A DNA stretch of 64,000 nt from Alphaproteobacteria bacterium (GTDB taxonomy: Bacteria; Pseudomonadota; Alphaproteobacteria; RF32; CAG-239), in NCBI GenBank assembly GCA_017460085.1, contig JAFUBQ010000007.1, positions 1,046 to 65,045 on the forward strand. The letters run 5' to 3'. How positions within the stretch are numbered: the first letter of the stretch is position 1; each line of letters opens with the position of its first letter. The position numbers were made by a program, and so were the translations under genes. Under the pieces are notes generated by a model. The model saw only the letters and a program-made list of their open reading frames with translations. It did no database searches and was not told the origin of the DNA. Shown here piece after piece: positions 19,596 to 30,298 of the stretch.

Positions 19596-20429
19596 ATGCA
19601 TAAAATTATACTTTCAATTCTTATATTTATTTCATTTATGGCAACAGCGGCTTTCAGTTGGTGGCCGTTTACAGTTGAGCAGCCGGCAATAAAAGGTAAT
19701 CACCACAGCCAATCGTTCTATACCGTCAAAAAAGAAATGCTGGAGTATATTTATTATGACCATAGGCAAACGCTTTATTGCAATGCCGAATTTACCGCAC
19801 ATAAAAAAATCATCAAGCCACGCGGTTTCAAATTACCTAATTTGCGGAAAGTGGATTTTAAGGTTTATGATAATATTTCGTTTGAAGAATTGCAACGCAA
19901 AGCTGAGCGTATGGAATGGGAACATATTGTTCCGGCACAGAATTTCGGAAAAACTTTTACCGAATGGAAACATGGAAGTAAAAATTGCACATTCGGACAG
20001 GGAAAAAACTTTAAAGGACGCAAATGCGCCGAGCAAGAAAGCGAAGAATTCCGCTATATGTATACCGATATGTATAATTTATATCCAAGTATTGGCGCGG
20101 TTAATTTTTTACGGGCGCACTTTAATTTTACCCAATTTGATGGTAAGGTAGCAAACACTTTCGGCCAATGCGCTTTGAAAATTTCTCAGAATAAAGCAGA
20201 GCCTGCAGATGACATCAAAGGCCTCATTGCCCGCACCTATTTTTATATGGAACAAACCTATCCGCGCTATAAAATCGGAGAACCGATGAAAAGTGTTTTA
20301 AGCGCATGGAATAAAAAATTTCCGCTCACTAAATGGGAATGTGTGCGCGCTTATCGCATAGAAAAGTTGCAAGGCAATGAAAACAGCATTATCAAACCTG
20401 CCTGCCTTCAAAAAGGTTGGTATAAATAA
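19596..20429 (+). CDS. endA: Exported endonuclease I (EndA/Dns family)
   Basis: Signal peptide; motifs TLYC, MEWEHIVPA, DMYNLYPSIGAVN, KGLIARTYFYM, QGNEN; TTGACA/TACGAT promoter at 19544-19571. Confidence 0.9.
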   Translation: MHKIILSILIFISFMATAAFSWWPFTVEQPAIKGNHHSQSFYTVKKEMLEYIYYDHRQTLYCNAEFTAHKKIIKPRGFKLPNLRKVDFKVYDNISFEELQRKAERMEWEHIVPAQNFGKTFTEWKHGSKNCTFGQGKNFKGRKCAEQESEEFRYMYTDMYNLYPSIGAVNFLRAHFNFTQFDGKVANTFGQCALKISQNKAEPADDIKGLIARTYFYMEQTYPRYKIGEPMKSVLSAWNKKFPLTKWECVRAYRIEKLQGNENSIIKPACLQKGWYK

Positions 20430-20446
20430 AAGGAAAGTAATTAAAT

Positions 20447-22081
20447 ATGAAAATTATAGAAAATCTAAAAAAGCTAAAATATAATTTTTTAATGGGTATC
20501 CTATTTGCATTTATGGTCATTCTGCCCGACTATTTATATCAAGCCTTTCTGCCGAACATTCGCTATTTAACAGATGTTTTATTTATTTTGATAATTGCAA
20601 TATTCGGCACTTTTCTTTCCATGGTGAACGTATGGCTATATATTATATTTTGCTGTTTATTTATGGTTATGCAGTTCATTCAGCTTGGGCATATTGCCTA
20701 TTTTTTCCGGCCGATTAATCCGCTTGATATCGGAAAAGTTTTTGCAGAATTCAGTGATGTTTATAATGCTTCAACAACTGATATTGACGATTTTTGGTTT
20801 GTTCCGTTTGCCGCAATTTTGCCGTTTGCCATAATGATTATTATGCGCATAAAATGGCAAAAAAAAATATATACTTCGTTCATAGGCCTCCTTGCGGTTT
20901 TGGTCTTTTTGGGTGTAAAGCCGGAACGCGCCACACGCCGCGGCCTGCATCATTTTTTGCCGCCGGAAACACGCTATTCCATACATAACTCCATTAATTC
21001 GTTTTCTTTCTATTTGGTGCGCGGATTTGATAAAGAAAATTTGGAAGACATTGTTCCTGCTAATTTTTATAAACCTGATATTATCACAAGAACAAATACA
21101 TCAGCAGATTTAGTGGTTTTAGTTATGGGCGAAAGCACCGGCGCAGCCAAAATGCATCTGCTGAATCCGGCGGCAAATATGACAACACCGCAACTTGAAA
21201 AACTGGCCGAAAATGCTGATTTTTCAGCTTCTGTAGCCGTTTCTGACGGAGTTTCCACGCACGCTTCATTACCTTTGTTTTTTAACTTAGTCAAAGAACC
21301 AGGAAATTCGCGTAAAATTATCAATTCGCCGGCAAATTTATTTAAAATTGCCAAAGCAAACGGATATACAACCCATTTTTATTCGGCATACGATATGAAG
21401 CAAACAAATCTGATTGGTGTGCCTTATATTGATTATATTATAACTTCCGAAAGCAATCGTCATAAATTTAAAACCCAAAAGGAAGATTATCTGGTTGAGC
21501 TATTCAAAAACATCGATTTTAAAAAGGGTAAAAACTTTGTGGTTTTAAATTTTCGCAGTACGCATTCGCCATATGAAAAATGTTATGAGCATCATGCCGA
21601 ATTTGACGTATTTAAGCCTAAAGATGACAGCCGATATGAAGAAGAAAATTCAGCATACGATAATGCTGTTTTATATGTTGATTCTGTTTTGGCTCAAATA
21701 ATTAAACATTTTCAAGCTCAAAAAATTGATAATGCTCAATTTTTCTTTACTTCAGACCACGGCGAAATGCTGGGGACAACAAATGGCGAATATGGTCACA
21801 ATAAAATAAATTCAGAAGTGTATTTAGTGCCTTTCATTTGGGTTGGAAAATCTAAAAACGTAAACATTCCGCAAAATTATATCTCTCATTATGAAATTGC
21901 CAAACTAATAGCCCATTACTTAGGTTATGAAATACAAAATCAAAATTTTGCCGATAATGAGCTGTTTGTTCACGGTAATAATTTATTTGAGGACTATGAA
22001 TTTATGAAATTGCAGCGTTTTTCAGATGGCCGTTTAGTTGAAGAAAAATCTGATACGGTCAGGAGGTTTGTAGAAAAATAG
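20447..22081 (+). CDS. Phosphoethanolamine transferase / sulfatase-superfamily membrane enzyme (EptA-like)
   Basis: About five N-terminal TM helices, LVMGES, VSTHASLP (catalytic Thr position), HSPY, YDNAV, SDHGE. Confidence 0.82.
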   Translation: MKIIENLKKLKYNFLMGILFAFMVILPDYLYQAFLPNIRYLTDVLFILIIAIFGTFLSMVNVWLYIIFCCLFMVMQFIQLGHIAYFFRPINPLDIGKVFAEFSDVYNASTTDIDDFWFVPFAAILPFAIMIIMRIKWQKKIYTSFIGLLAVLVFLGVKPERATRRGLHHFLPPETRYSIHNSINSFSFYLVRGFDKENLEDIVPANFYKPDIITRTNTSADLVVLVMGESTGAAKMHLLNPAANMTTPQLEKLAENADFSASVAVSDGVSTHASLPLFFNLVKEPGNSRKIINSPANLFKIAKANGYTTHFYSAYDMKQTNLIGVPYIDYIITSESNRHKFKTQKEDYLVELFKNIDFKKGKNFVVLNFRSTHSPYEKCYEHHAEFDVFKPKDDSRYEEENSAYDNAVLYVDSVLAQIIKHFQAQKIDNAQFFFTSDHGEMLGTTNGEYGHNKINSEVYLVPFIWVGKSKNVNIPQNYISHYEIAKLIAHYLGYEIQNQNFADNELFVHGNNLFEDYEFMKLQRFSDGRLVEEKSDTVRRFVEK

Positions 22082-22098
22082 CTATCGGGAACAAAAAA

Positions 22099-22806
22099 AT
22101 GACAACACAATTTTCGCGCACGGAAATGCTTATCGGTGAAGCAGCGTTGGCTCAATTACAAAAAGCCCGCGTGATTGTTTTCGGCATCGGCGGTGTCGGC
22201 GGATATGTGGCAGAAGCACTTGCGCGCGCCGGTATTGGTGCGCTTGATTTAGTTGATAATGATGTAGTCAGTTTAAGCAATCTCAATCGGCAGATTATCG
22301 CGCTGCACTCAACCATCGGTCAAGCAAAAGTTGATGTTGCCGCACAGCGTCTGCTGGATATTAATCCTAATTTACAAATTGTGGTTCATAAAACATTTTA
22401 TCTGCCGGAAAATAAAGATAATTTTGACTTTAAGCAATATGATTATGTGGTTGACGCCATTGACACGGTGGCCGGCAAAATTGCTTTAATTGAGCAAGCG
22501 CATGATGCCGGTGTGCCGATTATTTCCGCCATGGGCGCCGGTAATAAACTTGATGCCACCAAATTGGAAGTGACCGACATCAGCAAAACTCATACTTGTC
22601 CGTTGGCTAAAGTAATGCGGCAAGAACTCCGGCGACGCGGGATAAATCATGTGCGCGTGGTATATTCCACCGAGCCTGCGCTCAAACCATTTGCCAGCAC
22701 TGAGATAAGCACTAAGCGGCAAACCCCCGGCAGCATTTCTTATGTGCCCTCGGTCATGGGACTGTTAATCGCCGGTGAAATTATCCGTGATTTAATTGAA
22801 ATTTAA
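22099..22806 (+). CDS. tcdA: tRNA threonylcarbamoyladenosine dehydratase (ThiF family)
   Basis: GIGGVGG, SNLNRQ, VDAIDT, SAMGAGNKLD, CPLAKVMR, VYSTE. Confidence 0.92.
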   Translation: MTTQFSRTEMLIGEAALAQLQKARVIVFGIGGVGGYVAEALARAGIGALDLVDNDVVSLSNLNRQIIALHSTIGQAKVDVAAQRLLDINPNLQIVVHKTFYLPENKDNFDFKQYDYVVDAIDTVAGKIALIEQAHDAGVPIISAMGAGNKLDATKLEVTDISKTHTCPLAKVMRQELRRRGINHVRVVYSTEPALKPFASTEISTKRQTPGSISYVPSVMGLLIAGEIIRDLIEI

Positions 22807-22822
22807 ACGACAATTTTTTTTA

Positions 22823-23002
22823 TGAAACTCCACCGGCTTACGCCGGTGGTATCATTTTAGGTCAAGCCAAGCTTGTCCTAAATCTTCGCGTCCTTGATAT
22901 TCTATATTGCGTTGTTTGCTATACTTTATTTCTTCCATAACCGCAGTATAGCGCGAAGATTTAGGATTGTCTACATCTACCTGCTTGCGCAGGCAGTGTT
23001 AC
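22823..23002 (-). mobile_element. Probable internally deleted IS200/IS605-family remnant (MITE-like)
   Basis: Minus-strand GNRA hairpins at both ends (CTGCCTGC-GCAA-GCAGGTAG and CCACCGGC-GTAA-GCCGGTGG) enclose a 28-codon ORF (22852-22938) whose end, IEYQGREDLGQAWLDL, resembles a TnpA C-terminus from memory. Boundaries approximate. Confidence 0.55.
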
Positions 23003-23014
23003 GTTCGAATCATA

Positions 23015-23053
23015 AAAAAAATCCGCCGGAGCAACCTGCTCAGACGGATTTTT
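23015..23053. terminator. Bidirectional terminator
   Basis: A run, ATCCG..GAGCA-ACC-TGCTC..CGGAT hairpin, T run, located between convergent genes. Confidence 0.65.
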
Positions 23054-23059
23054 AAACGA

Positions 23060-24127
23060 TTACAAATTTTCTGTTTTAGACTTCAGTGCTTTCCATATAT
23101 CTTCAGCATATTGCGGAAAATAATATGCCATAAAAGCACACATGCTGGGGCTGAAAGTATGCAGCCACGGCAACAAATAAATTTGAGCAAACTCATCTTT
23201 TTCATCAGCCGGAGTTTCGTAGTACTTCAAAAGCAAATTTACTTCTTTTGCTTTTGGTGCGATGGCTCCGATAAATACACCTTTTTTCTGTTCTTTAATA
23301 AAGCATCGATACCGCTTTTCGGCAATATAATACTGATATTTCAGTTCCGGAATTTCTTGCTTTAATGTTAAGGTAAGAGCCAGTATATTCGGCATAAAAC
23401 TAACTTTTAAGAGCAAACGCAATGCCTCAGTTTTTTTCCGCTTTATCAAAGACGCTATCATATCTTCATGCAACAGCGACGAACTAATTGAGCACCGCTC
23501 AATCAGCATATAAAGCAAGTCATCATCGTCCAAACCCAATAACATCTTTTGCGATTCACGCGAAGCCATTTTTTCCTTACCTACACCGCTCAAATATGCT
23601 TCAAGAGCCTCACGCCAGCCATTAACTTCTTCGCCGCCGAACTTTAATATAGCCATCTTCTCGTCAGGTTCTTGTAAGCTACATCTATATTTTTCAATTA
23701 GCATTTTCTCAAATTTTAACGGCAAAGCAAAATCACGGCAATAAGCCACAATTTTGAGTGGATTGCGTGTTGCAAACAGCATTTGCAGATATTCTTCAGG
23801 CAACTTCTGCGGAAAACGGCGAAATCTGTGCCATGGCATGCGTAACACCAACATTTCCAGCTCTATGTCGGTCAGCTTGCGATCAAAAACGGACTCTATC
23901 CATACATCTTGAATGGTCGAAGAAGCCTTGGCTAAAACATCGACCTCCTGTTTTTGCAACGGATGCCTAAAATAGATTCTGAGCGATTTTTCTGCCCACA
24001 TTTGCTTTTTTGAATTTGCAATAAACTCATAATCATCAACGAGGCCTACCAAAAAGGAAAACTCATCTATCGACAAAGTTCTCCGCCACACTTTCCAAAA
24101 AAGGTGGATAATTTGTAACTTTTTCAT
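23060..24127 (-). CDS. Hypothetical helical protein (355 aa)
   Basis: Long ORF with a terminator downstream; no recognisable motif. Confidence 0.75.
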   Translation of the reverse strand: MKKLQIIHLFWKVWRRTLSIDEFSFLVGLVDDYEFIANSKKQMWAEKSLRIYFRHPLQKQEVDVLAKASSTIQDVWIESVFDRKLTDIELEMLVLRMPWHRFRRFPQKLPEEYLQMLFATRNPLKIVAYCRDFALPLKFEKMLIEKYRCSLQEPDEKMAILKFGGEEVNGWREALEAYLSGVGKEKMASRESQKMLLGLDDDDLLYMLIERCSISSSLLHEDMIASLIKRKKTEALRLLLKVSFMPNILALTLTLKQEIPELKYQYYIAEKRYRCFIKEQKKGVFIGAIAPKAKEVNLLLKYYETPADEKDEFAQIYLLPWLHTFSPSMCAFMAYYFPQYAEDIWKALKSKTENL

Positions 24128-24262
24128 AATTCACATAATTATTGTTAATACTTATTGCTAAGGTAAAATACATCACCGTCAAAGTCAACAAAAAATATTG
24201 AGCTTGTTTTATAAATTAGGCGCCAATTTCAATTATAAATAAACACTTATACAAGGCAATTT

Positions 24263-24970
24263 TTACCTCGCAAACGTGGTCGCCGGCTCTATATTTTCAT
24301 TTTGGCGCATCCAGCAATCAAGCCCGCTGCATTCTATTTTATCCAATTCAATTACAGAATCTATAACACGTAGTGTTTCCGCAACATTACGCCCGATTTT
24401 GGCATCATAAACAGCAATATAGCGAACCTTGAAATTGCGGTCTATTAAAAAACTTGCCCGTTGCGTAAATCCGTCGCTATCCAGCACTCCATAAAGATTT
24501 CCAACCGTTTTTGCCACATCAGAAACCAATGGTATTGATATTTTGCCGACACCGCCTTCGGCAAAAGAAAGCTTTCGCCACGCCTGATGTGCTGCCAATG
24601 AATCAACACTGACTGCAACAACTTTAATTCCGCGCTTTAAAAATTTTTCATATGCCTGATTGAATTCCGTAATTTCTTTAGGACAAACGGCCGAAAAATC
24701 GGCTCGATAAAAAACTAATAGTGCGTAGCTATCCACAATGTAATCCAAAAAATGAAATTCCTGAGTAAAACTATCATCTCCAAATACCGCAGGAGCCGTA
24801 AAATTTGGGGCAATATTTCCTACTTTTACTCCTGAATTAACTACTGATGCCTTAAAATTACTACTATAGCTGCGTGCCATATTTTCCGGATATGTACAAC
24901 CGCATCTGTCATCTTCCGAACATTCGCATCTATCAGCATAGTCATAACTCCATGTTTTTGAATTTACCAT
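24263..24970 (-). CDS. Peroxiredoxin (AhpC/Prx1-like) with Cys-rich N-terminal extension
   Basis: APNFTAPAV, DFSAVCPKE, VSVDS..AH.AW, PLVSD, QRASFLID, GRNVAETLR; AGGAG SD before MVNS. Confidence 0.88.
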   Translation of the reverse strand: MVNSKTWSYDYADRCECSEDDRCGCTYPENMARSYSSNFKASVVNSGVKVGNIAPNFTAPAVFGDDSFTQEFHFLDYIVDSYALLVFYRADFSAVCPKEITEFNQAYEKFLKRGIKVVAVSVDSLAAHQAWRKLSFAEGGVGKISIPLVSDVAKTVGNLYGVLDSDGFTQRASFLIDRNFKVRYIAVYDAKIGRNVAETLRVIDSVIELDKIECSGLDCWMRQNENIEPATTFAR

Positions 24971-25099
24971 TTTATCTCCTTTTTTATTGCTACTAAATAA
25001 CAACTGTTATGTATAGCAAAATATATCTGTTTCAACCTTACTAAATAAAAAGGCGATGTTTTCACACCGCCCTTTTATTGCCATATTTTAGCGTTTTTT

Positions 25100-28000
25100 T
25101 TATTTATATTGCGCTAAATGCTCAAGCAAGGCACGTTTTTCAGTGGCATTTTGCTGGGCTTTTTCAACCAACGTTTCATAACGTGCCGGATTTGATTTAT
25201 TTACTACTTGGAAGCGTGTTTCGCTGGCCATAAATTCAGCGAGCGGCTTTGTAGGAGCTTTAGAATCAAGCATTAACGGAGCTAAACCGTTTTTAGCATT
25301 TTCCGGATTATAGCGATAGAGCGGCCATGAACCGGTTTCTACGGCATTCTTTTGGTGGTTTAAGCCATCAGCCATATTCAAACCTTGGTTAATGCATGGG
25401 CAGTATGCAATAATAATTGACGGACCATCGTATGCTTCGGCCTCATTAAAGGCTTTAATAACTTGCATATCATTTGCGCCCATTGCAACTTGCGCCACAT
25501 AAACATTGCCGTAGCTCATAGCAATCATACCCAAATCTTTTTTAGGCAATTCTTTGCCTGCGGTAGCAAATTTTGCCGAAGCACCCAATGGTGTGGCTTT
25601 AGACTGCTGACCGCCGGTGTTAGAATATACGCCGGTATCAACAACCAAAATATTTACATTGCGACCGCTGGCAATAGCGTGGTCTAAACCGCCGAAGCCA
25701 ATATCATATGCCCAGCCGTCACCGCCGATAATCCATACCGATTTTTTGATTAAATAGTCGGCAACTTCAGCTAAATGCTTAGCTTCATTGGTATTGAGGC
25801 TTGCTAATTTTTCCCGCAATTCTGCCACATTATCACGCTGAGCATCAATTTCCATATCGTTGCTTTGCGGGTTGGTTAGAATTTTGTTGGCAACTTCACC
25901 AAGTTGATTTTGCATACGCTCTAACAAAGATTTTGCCATTTGTTCACCTTGGTCAATAGAAATACGCATACCCAAACCAAATTCGGCATTGTCTTCAAAC
26001 AACGAGTTTGCCCAAGCCGGACCATGACCTTTTTCATCTTTGCAATATGGTGTGGTCGGCAAGTTACCAGAATAAATTGACGAGCAACCTGTTGCGTTTG
26101 CAACCACCATTCTATCACCAAACAATTGTGTCAGCAACTTAATATAAGCAGTTTCGCCACAGCCGGCACAAGCTCCGGAATATTCAAACAATGGTTGAAT
26201 TAACTGCGTTGTTTTCGGCATATTCTTTGCTACTTCGATGCGTTTTACATAAGGCAAGGTTTCAAAAAATTGCCAATTTTCCTTTTCAGCTGCCAAATGA
26301 TTTTCAATATGGTCCATATTGATGGCATGCAATTCCGGATTTTCCTTATTTTTAGCCGGACAAGCAGAAACGCATACGCCGCAACCGGTGCAATCTTCAG
26401 GTGAAATTTGCAAAATAAATTCTTTACCGGCAAATTCTTTACCTTTATACGGAACGTGTTTTAAGGTTACCGGTGCATTTGTCAGTTCATTATTGTCAGC
26501 AACTTTCATTCTTATTACACCATGCGGGCAAACAATGGAACATTTACCGCATTGAATACATGTATTCGGGTCCCATACCGGAATTTCAGTGGCAATGCAA
26601 CGCTTTTCATATTGCGTAGTGCCTGTTGGCCAAGTGCCGTCCACGACTTCCTGCAATTCCGAAGTTTTAACGCTATCTCCTTTATCGGCAATCAGTTTAG
26701 CGGTTAAGCCTTGTACAAATTCAGGAGCATTAGCCGGAACCGGTGCCAAACGATGGAAAGTAGATGTAACGTGGTCCGGATAGTTAACTTCAAACAAATG
26801 CGCCAATGAAGCATCAACCGCCGCATAGTTCTTTTGCACCACGGCATCGCCTTTTTTAGAATATGTTTTCTTAATGGCAGCTTTAATTTTAGCTATAGCT
26901 TCATCTTTCGGCAAAATGTTGGAAATGGCAAAGAAGCAAGTTTGCATAACCGTATTGATGCGTTGTCCCATACCGGTAGCACGGGCAACATCAACCGCAT
27001 TAATTGTATAAAACTTCAGATGTTTTGCTAAAATTTGCTCTTGAACTTCAATCGGCAGTTTATCCCAAACTTCATCAGCCTTATACGGAGCATTTAACAA
27101 GAAAGTTGCACCATCTTTGGCGATGTGCAAAATATCAACCTTTTGCATAAATTGAAATTGGTGGCAAGCCACAAAATCGGCTTTATTTATTAAATAAGCA
27201 CTGCGAATAGGATTATCGGAAAAACGCAAGTGCGAAGTTGTCATTGAGCCGGATTTACGCGAGTCATAAACAAAATAACCTTGTCCGTATTTACCGGCAT
27301 CTTCGGCAATAATTTTAATGGAATTTTTGTTGGCACCAACCGTTCCGTCTGCTCCTAAACCAAAGAACACCGCACGCACCACATCATCAGGTTCAACATC
27401 AAAGTTAGCATCATAAGCCAAAGATTTATGCGTTAAATCATCTTCAATGCCAACCGTAAAACCGTTAATCGGCGCATTAGAAGCAGCATTATCAAACACG
27501 GCTTTAGCCATTGCCGGTGTAAATTCTTTAGAAGACAAGCCATAACGGCCGCCGTAAATTTTCGGTAAGCTAACAATTTTACCATTACTATAGGCTTGTG
27601 ACAAAGCCGTTACCACATCTAAATACAGCGGTTCGCCAAGCGAGCCGGATTCTTTAGTTCTATCCAAAACTGAAACTACTTTTACTGTTTTCGGCAAAGC
27701 CTTCAAGAAAGATTCGGTTGGGAACGGACGATACAAATGAACTTTCAATACTCCCAGTTTTGCACCGTGCGCATTCAAATATTCAATAGCTTCTTCTACT
27801 GTTTCAGCGCCGGAACCCATAACAACCACAACATTTTCGGCATCCGGTGCGCCAACATATTGGGCGACATGATATTGACGGCCGGTAATGGCGGCAAATT
27901 TATCCATTTCTTCTTGCACAATGCTTTCAACCTTTTCGTAATATAAATTAGCGGCTTCGCGTCCTTGGAAGAAAACATCAGGATTTTGTGCCGTTCCGCG

Positions 28001-28648
28001 GATAACCGGTTTTTCCGGCTTCAGCGCGTGTTTAGCATTGAATTTATAGTCAACGCCTTCAAGCATTGCCCGCAAATCATCATCAGAGAGCAATTTTATT
28101 TTCTTAATTTCATGCGATGTGCGGAAACCGTCAAAAAAGTGCATAAACGGAACACGAGAACGCAAAGTTGCTGTTTGTGCAATGGCAGCCATATCACCGG
28201 CTTCTTGCACTGAATTTGAGCAAAGCATTGCAAAACCGGTTTGTCTGCATCCCATAACATCGGAGTGATCACCATAAATTGATAAAGCATGATAAGCAAG
28301 TGAACGTGCCGCCACGTGCATAACAAACGGCATTAATTCACCGGCAATTTTATACATGTTCGGAATCATTAAAAGCAAGCCTTGCGAGGCGGTAAAGGTG
28401 GTTGTTAAAGCGCCTGCTTGCAACGAACCGTGGCAAGCACCTGCCGCACCGGCTTCTGATTGCATTTCTTGCACGCTTGGCGTAATGCCCCAAATATTAG
28501 GCTGCTTTGCTGCCGACCATGCATCTGCCCATTCTCCCATCGGAGAGGACGGTGTAATCGGGTAAATAACACAAACTTCGTTCATGCGATGAGCCACACT
28601 GGCACAAGCCTCGTTGGCATCCATCATTTTCATTTTTGCTTCTGACAT
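25100..28648 (-). CDS. nifJ: Pyruvate:ferredoxin (flavodoxin) oxidoreductase, single-chain
   Basis: YPITPSSPMGE, TTFTASQGLLLMIPNMYKIAGE, GLGADGTVGANKN, two 4Fe-4S motifs (CIQCGKC, CTGCGVC), GACAGCGET, GGDGWAYDIG. Confidence 0.98.
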   Translation of the reverse strand: MSEAKMKMMDANEACASVAHRMNEVCVIYPITPSSPMGEWADAWSAAKQPNIWGITPSVQEMQSEAGAAGACHGSLQAGALTTTFTASQGLLLMIPNMYKIAGELMPFVMHVAARSLAYHALSIYGDHSDVMGCRQTGFAMLCSNSVQEAGDMAAIAQTATLRSRVPFMHFFDGFRTSHEIKKIKLLSDDDLRAMLEGVDYKFNAKHALKPEKPVIRGTAQNPDVFFQGREAANLYYEKVESIVQEEMDKFAAITGRQYHVAQYVGAPDAENVVVVMGSGAETVEEAIEYLNAHGAKLGVLKVHLYRPFPTESFLKALPKTVKVVSVLDRTKESGSLGEPLYLDVVTALSQAYSNGKIVSLPKIYGGRYGLSSKEFTPAMAKAVFDNAASNAPINGFTVGIEDDLTHKSLAYDANFDVEPDDVVRAVFFGLGADGTVGANKNSIKIIAEDAGKYGQGYFVYDSRKSGSMTTSHLRFSDNPIRSAYLINKADFVACHQFQFMQKVDILHIAKDGATFLLNAPYKADEVWDKLPIEVQEQILAKHLKFYTINAVDVARATGMGQRINTVMQTCFFAISNILPKDEAIAKIKAAIKKTYSKKGDAVVQKNYAAVDASLAHLFEVNYPDHVTSTFHRLAPVPANAPEFVQGLTAKLIADKGDSVKTSELQEVVDGTWPTGTTQYEKRCIATEIPVWDPNTCIQCGKCSIVCPHGVIRMKVADNNELTNAPVTLKHVPYKGKEFAGKEFILQISPEDCTGCGVCVSACPAKNKENPELHAINMDHIENHLAAEKENWQFFETLPYVKRIEVAKNMPKTTQLIQPLFEYSGACAGCGETAYIKLLTQLFGDRMVVANATGCSSIYSGNLPTTPYCKDEKGHGPAWANSLFEDNAEFGLGMRISIDQGEQMAKSLLERMQNQLGEVANKILTNPQSNDMEIDAQRDNVAELREKLASLNTNEAKHLAEVADYLIKKSVWIIGGDGWAYDIGFGGLDHAIASGRNVNILVVDTGVYSNTGGQQSKATPLGASAKFATAGKELPKKDLGMIAMSYGNVYVAQVAMGANDMQVIKAFNEAEAYDGPSIIIAYCPCINQGLNMADGLNHQKNAVETGSWPLYRYNPENAKNGLAPLMLDSKAPTKPLAEFMASETRFQVVNKSNPARYETLVEKAQQNATEKRALLEHLAQYK

Positions 28649-28811
28649 TTTAATTATATCCTCAGTTAAAAATATTAGTTAAAGTAAAATACTGGCGTTT
28701 TTATAGCATATTTTATCTTAAAATCAAGCTCAATTAACATTTTTAGCGCAATAAAAAACCCCTTAGGCAAAAAACTCTGTCAAGGGGTGTCGTTTGGTTT
28801 TTTAATATAAG

Positions 28812-29264
28812 TTATTCATCAATAATCATAGCGGTTAAATCAGCTTCCGATACTACTTGATCATCAACTTTTGAAATACCATGAAAAACAAAAATGTTGC
28901 GATGAACTTTAACTTTTTCCAAATGCATTTTCATCTGGTCACCCGGGCGCACCGGCTTGCGGAATTTAACATTATCCACGGCCATAAAAAGCACACTGCG
29001 CTTTTTATCCTGCCAGTCATCTGCTCCGCTCAGCACCACGCAGCCTGCAGTTTGTGCCATGGCTTCAACTTGCAACACACCAGGCATAATCGGATTATTC
29101 GGAAAATGTCCTTGGAAAAACAGTTCATTCATGGTCAAATTTTTTAAGCCGATACCTTTTTCTCCCGGCACTTCCACTTCCAATCTATCCACCAACAAAA
29201 ACGGATAGCGGTGCGGCAACATTTTCATAATTTCATCAATATTATAAATTTTATTTTCTGCCAT
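28812..29264 (-). CDS. fabZ: 3-hydroxyacyl-ACP dehydratase
   Basis: LPHRYPFLLVD, FQGHFP, MPGVLQVEAMAQ, KFRKPVRPGD. Confidence 0.97.
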   Translation of the reverse strand: MAENKIYNIDEIMKMLPHRYPFLLVDRLEVEVPGEKGIGLKNLTMNELFFQGHFPNNPIMPGVLQVEAMAQTAGCVVLSGADDWQDKKRSVLFMAVDNVKFRKPVRPGDQMKMHLEKVKVHRNIFVFHGISKVDDQVVSEADLTAMIIDE

Positions 29265-29273
29265 TTTTTCCTC

Positions 29274-30287
29274 TTATTTTTTAGAATTTTTTTGCAAAAA
29301 CGCCACCTGACGCATAAAGTCTTTGAACGGCACACATGGACTGCCCATCATCACCGCGCCGGCTTCCACATCGCGCATCACACCGCTTTGTGCGGCAATT
29401 TGCGCCATGCTGCCGATGTTTAAGTGGTCAGCCAAACCAACCTGTCCGCCCAAAACCACATAGTCACCCAGCGTGCAGCTGCCGGCAATGCCAACTTGCG
29501 AAACAATCACGCAGCCGCGTCCCAGCTTATCGTTGTGAGCAATCTGCACCAAATTATCAATTCGTGAACCGTCACCGATAACCGTATCATCTAAAGCACC
29601 GCGGTCAATGCAAGTATTAGCACCAATTTCTACATCATTGCCAATAATCACACGCCCTAATTGCGGAATGCGATGATGTTGACCGTTAATCAGCTGAAAA
29701 CCAAAACCGTCACAGCCGATACGCGCTCCGCTGTATATATAGCAGTTGTTTCCAATATGCGCATAAGCAATATAGGCGCTGCTGCCAATCCGGCAATTGT
29801 TACCTATTTTACAATGATGCTCAATGACCGTATGCGGTTCAATGACACAACCATCACCGATTGTTACGTTTTCACCGATAACCGCATAGGCACCGATATG
29901 ACAATTTTGCCCGATTTCAGCGCTTTTTGCAATTTGCGCCGTAGCATCAATGCCTGCTTGAGGCTTATGTTCGGCATACATATATTCGTTTAATGCCACA
30001 AATGCCAACTTCGGATTTTCACAGGTCAGTGCAATGACACTTTGCGGTAAAAATTGCACTAAATCTGCCGTTGTCACACAGGCCTTTGCTTTTATTTCAG
30101 CAGCTTTTTCTTTGCTTTTGCGGTCGTAAAAAAAGCAAATATCTTCCACACCGGCACTTGCCATTGTGGCAATATCGGCAATTTTTTCATTGCCTTTGCT
30201 TTCATCGCTCAAAACGGCAGATGTAACCTTAGCCACATCGGCCAAGGTCACATTTTCTTTTACTTTATAAAAGCTTTTATCTACCAT
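29274..30287 (-). CDS. lpxD: UDP-3-O-acylglucosamine N-acyltransferase
   Basis: Hexapeptide repeats, [34 protein letters not shown]. Confidence 0.96.
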   Translation of the reverse strand: MVDKSFYKVKENVTLADVAKVTSAVLSDESKGNEKIADIATMASAGVEDICFFYDRKSKEKAAEIKAKACVTTADLVQFLPQSVIALTCENPKLAFVALNEYMYAEHKPQAGIDATAQIAKSAEIGQNCHIGAYAVIGENVTIGDGCVIEPHTVIEHHCKIGNNCRIGSSAYIAYAHIGNNCYIYSGARIGCDGFGFQLINGQHHRIPQLGRVIIGNDVEIGANTCIDRGALDDTVIGDGSRIDNLVQIAHNDKLGRGCVIVSQVGIAGSCTLGDYVVLGGQVGLADHLNIGSMAQIAAQSGVMRDVEAGAVMMGSPCVPFKDFMRQVAFLQKNSKK

Positions 30288-30298
30288 TTTAGACCACC

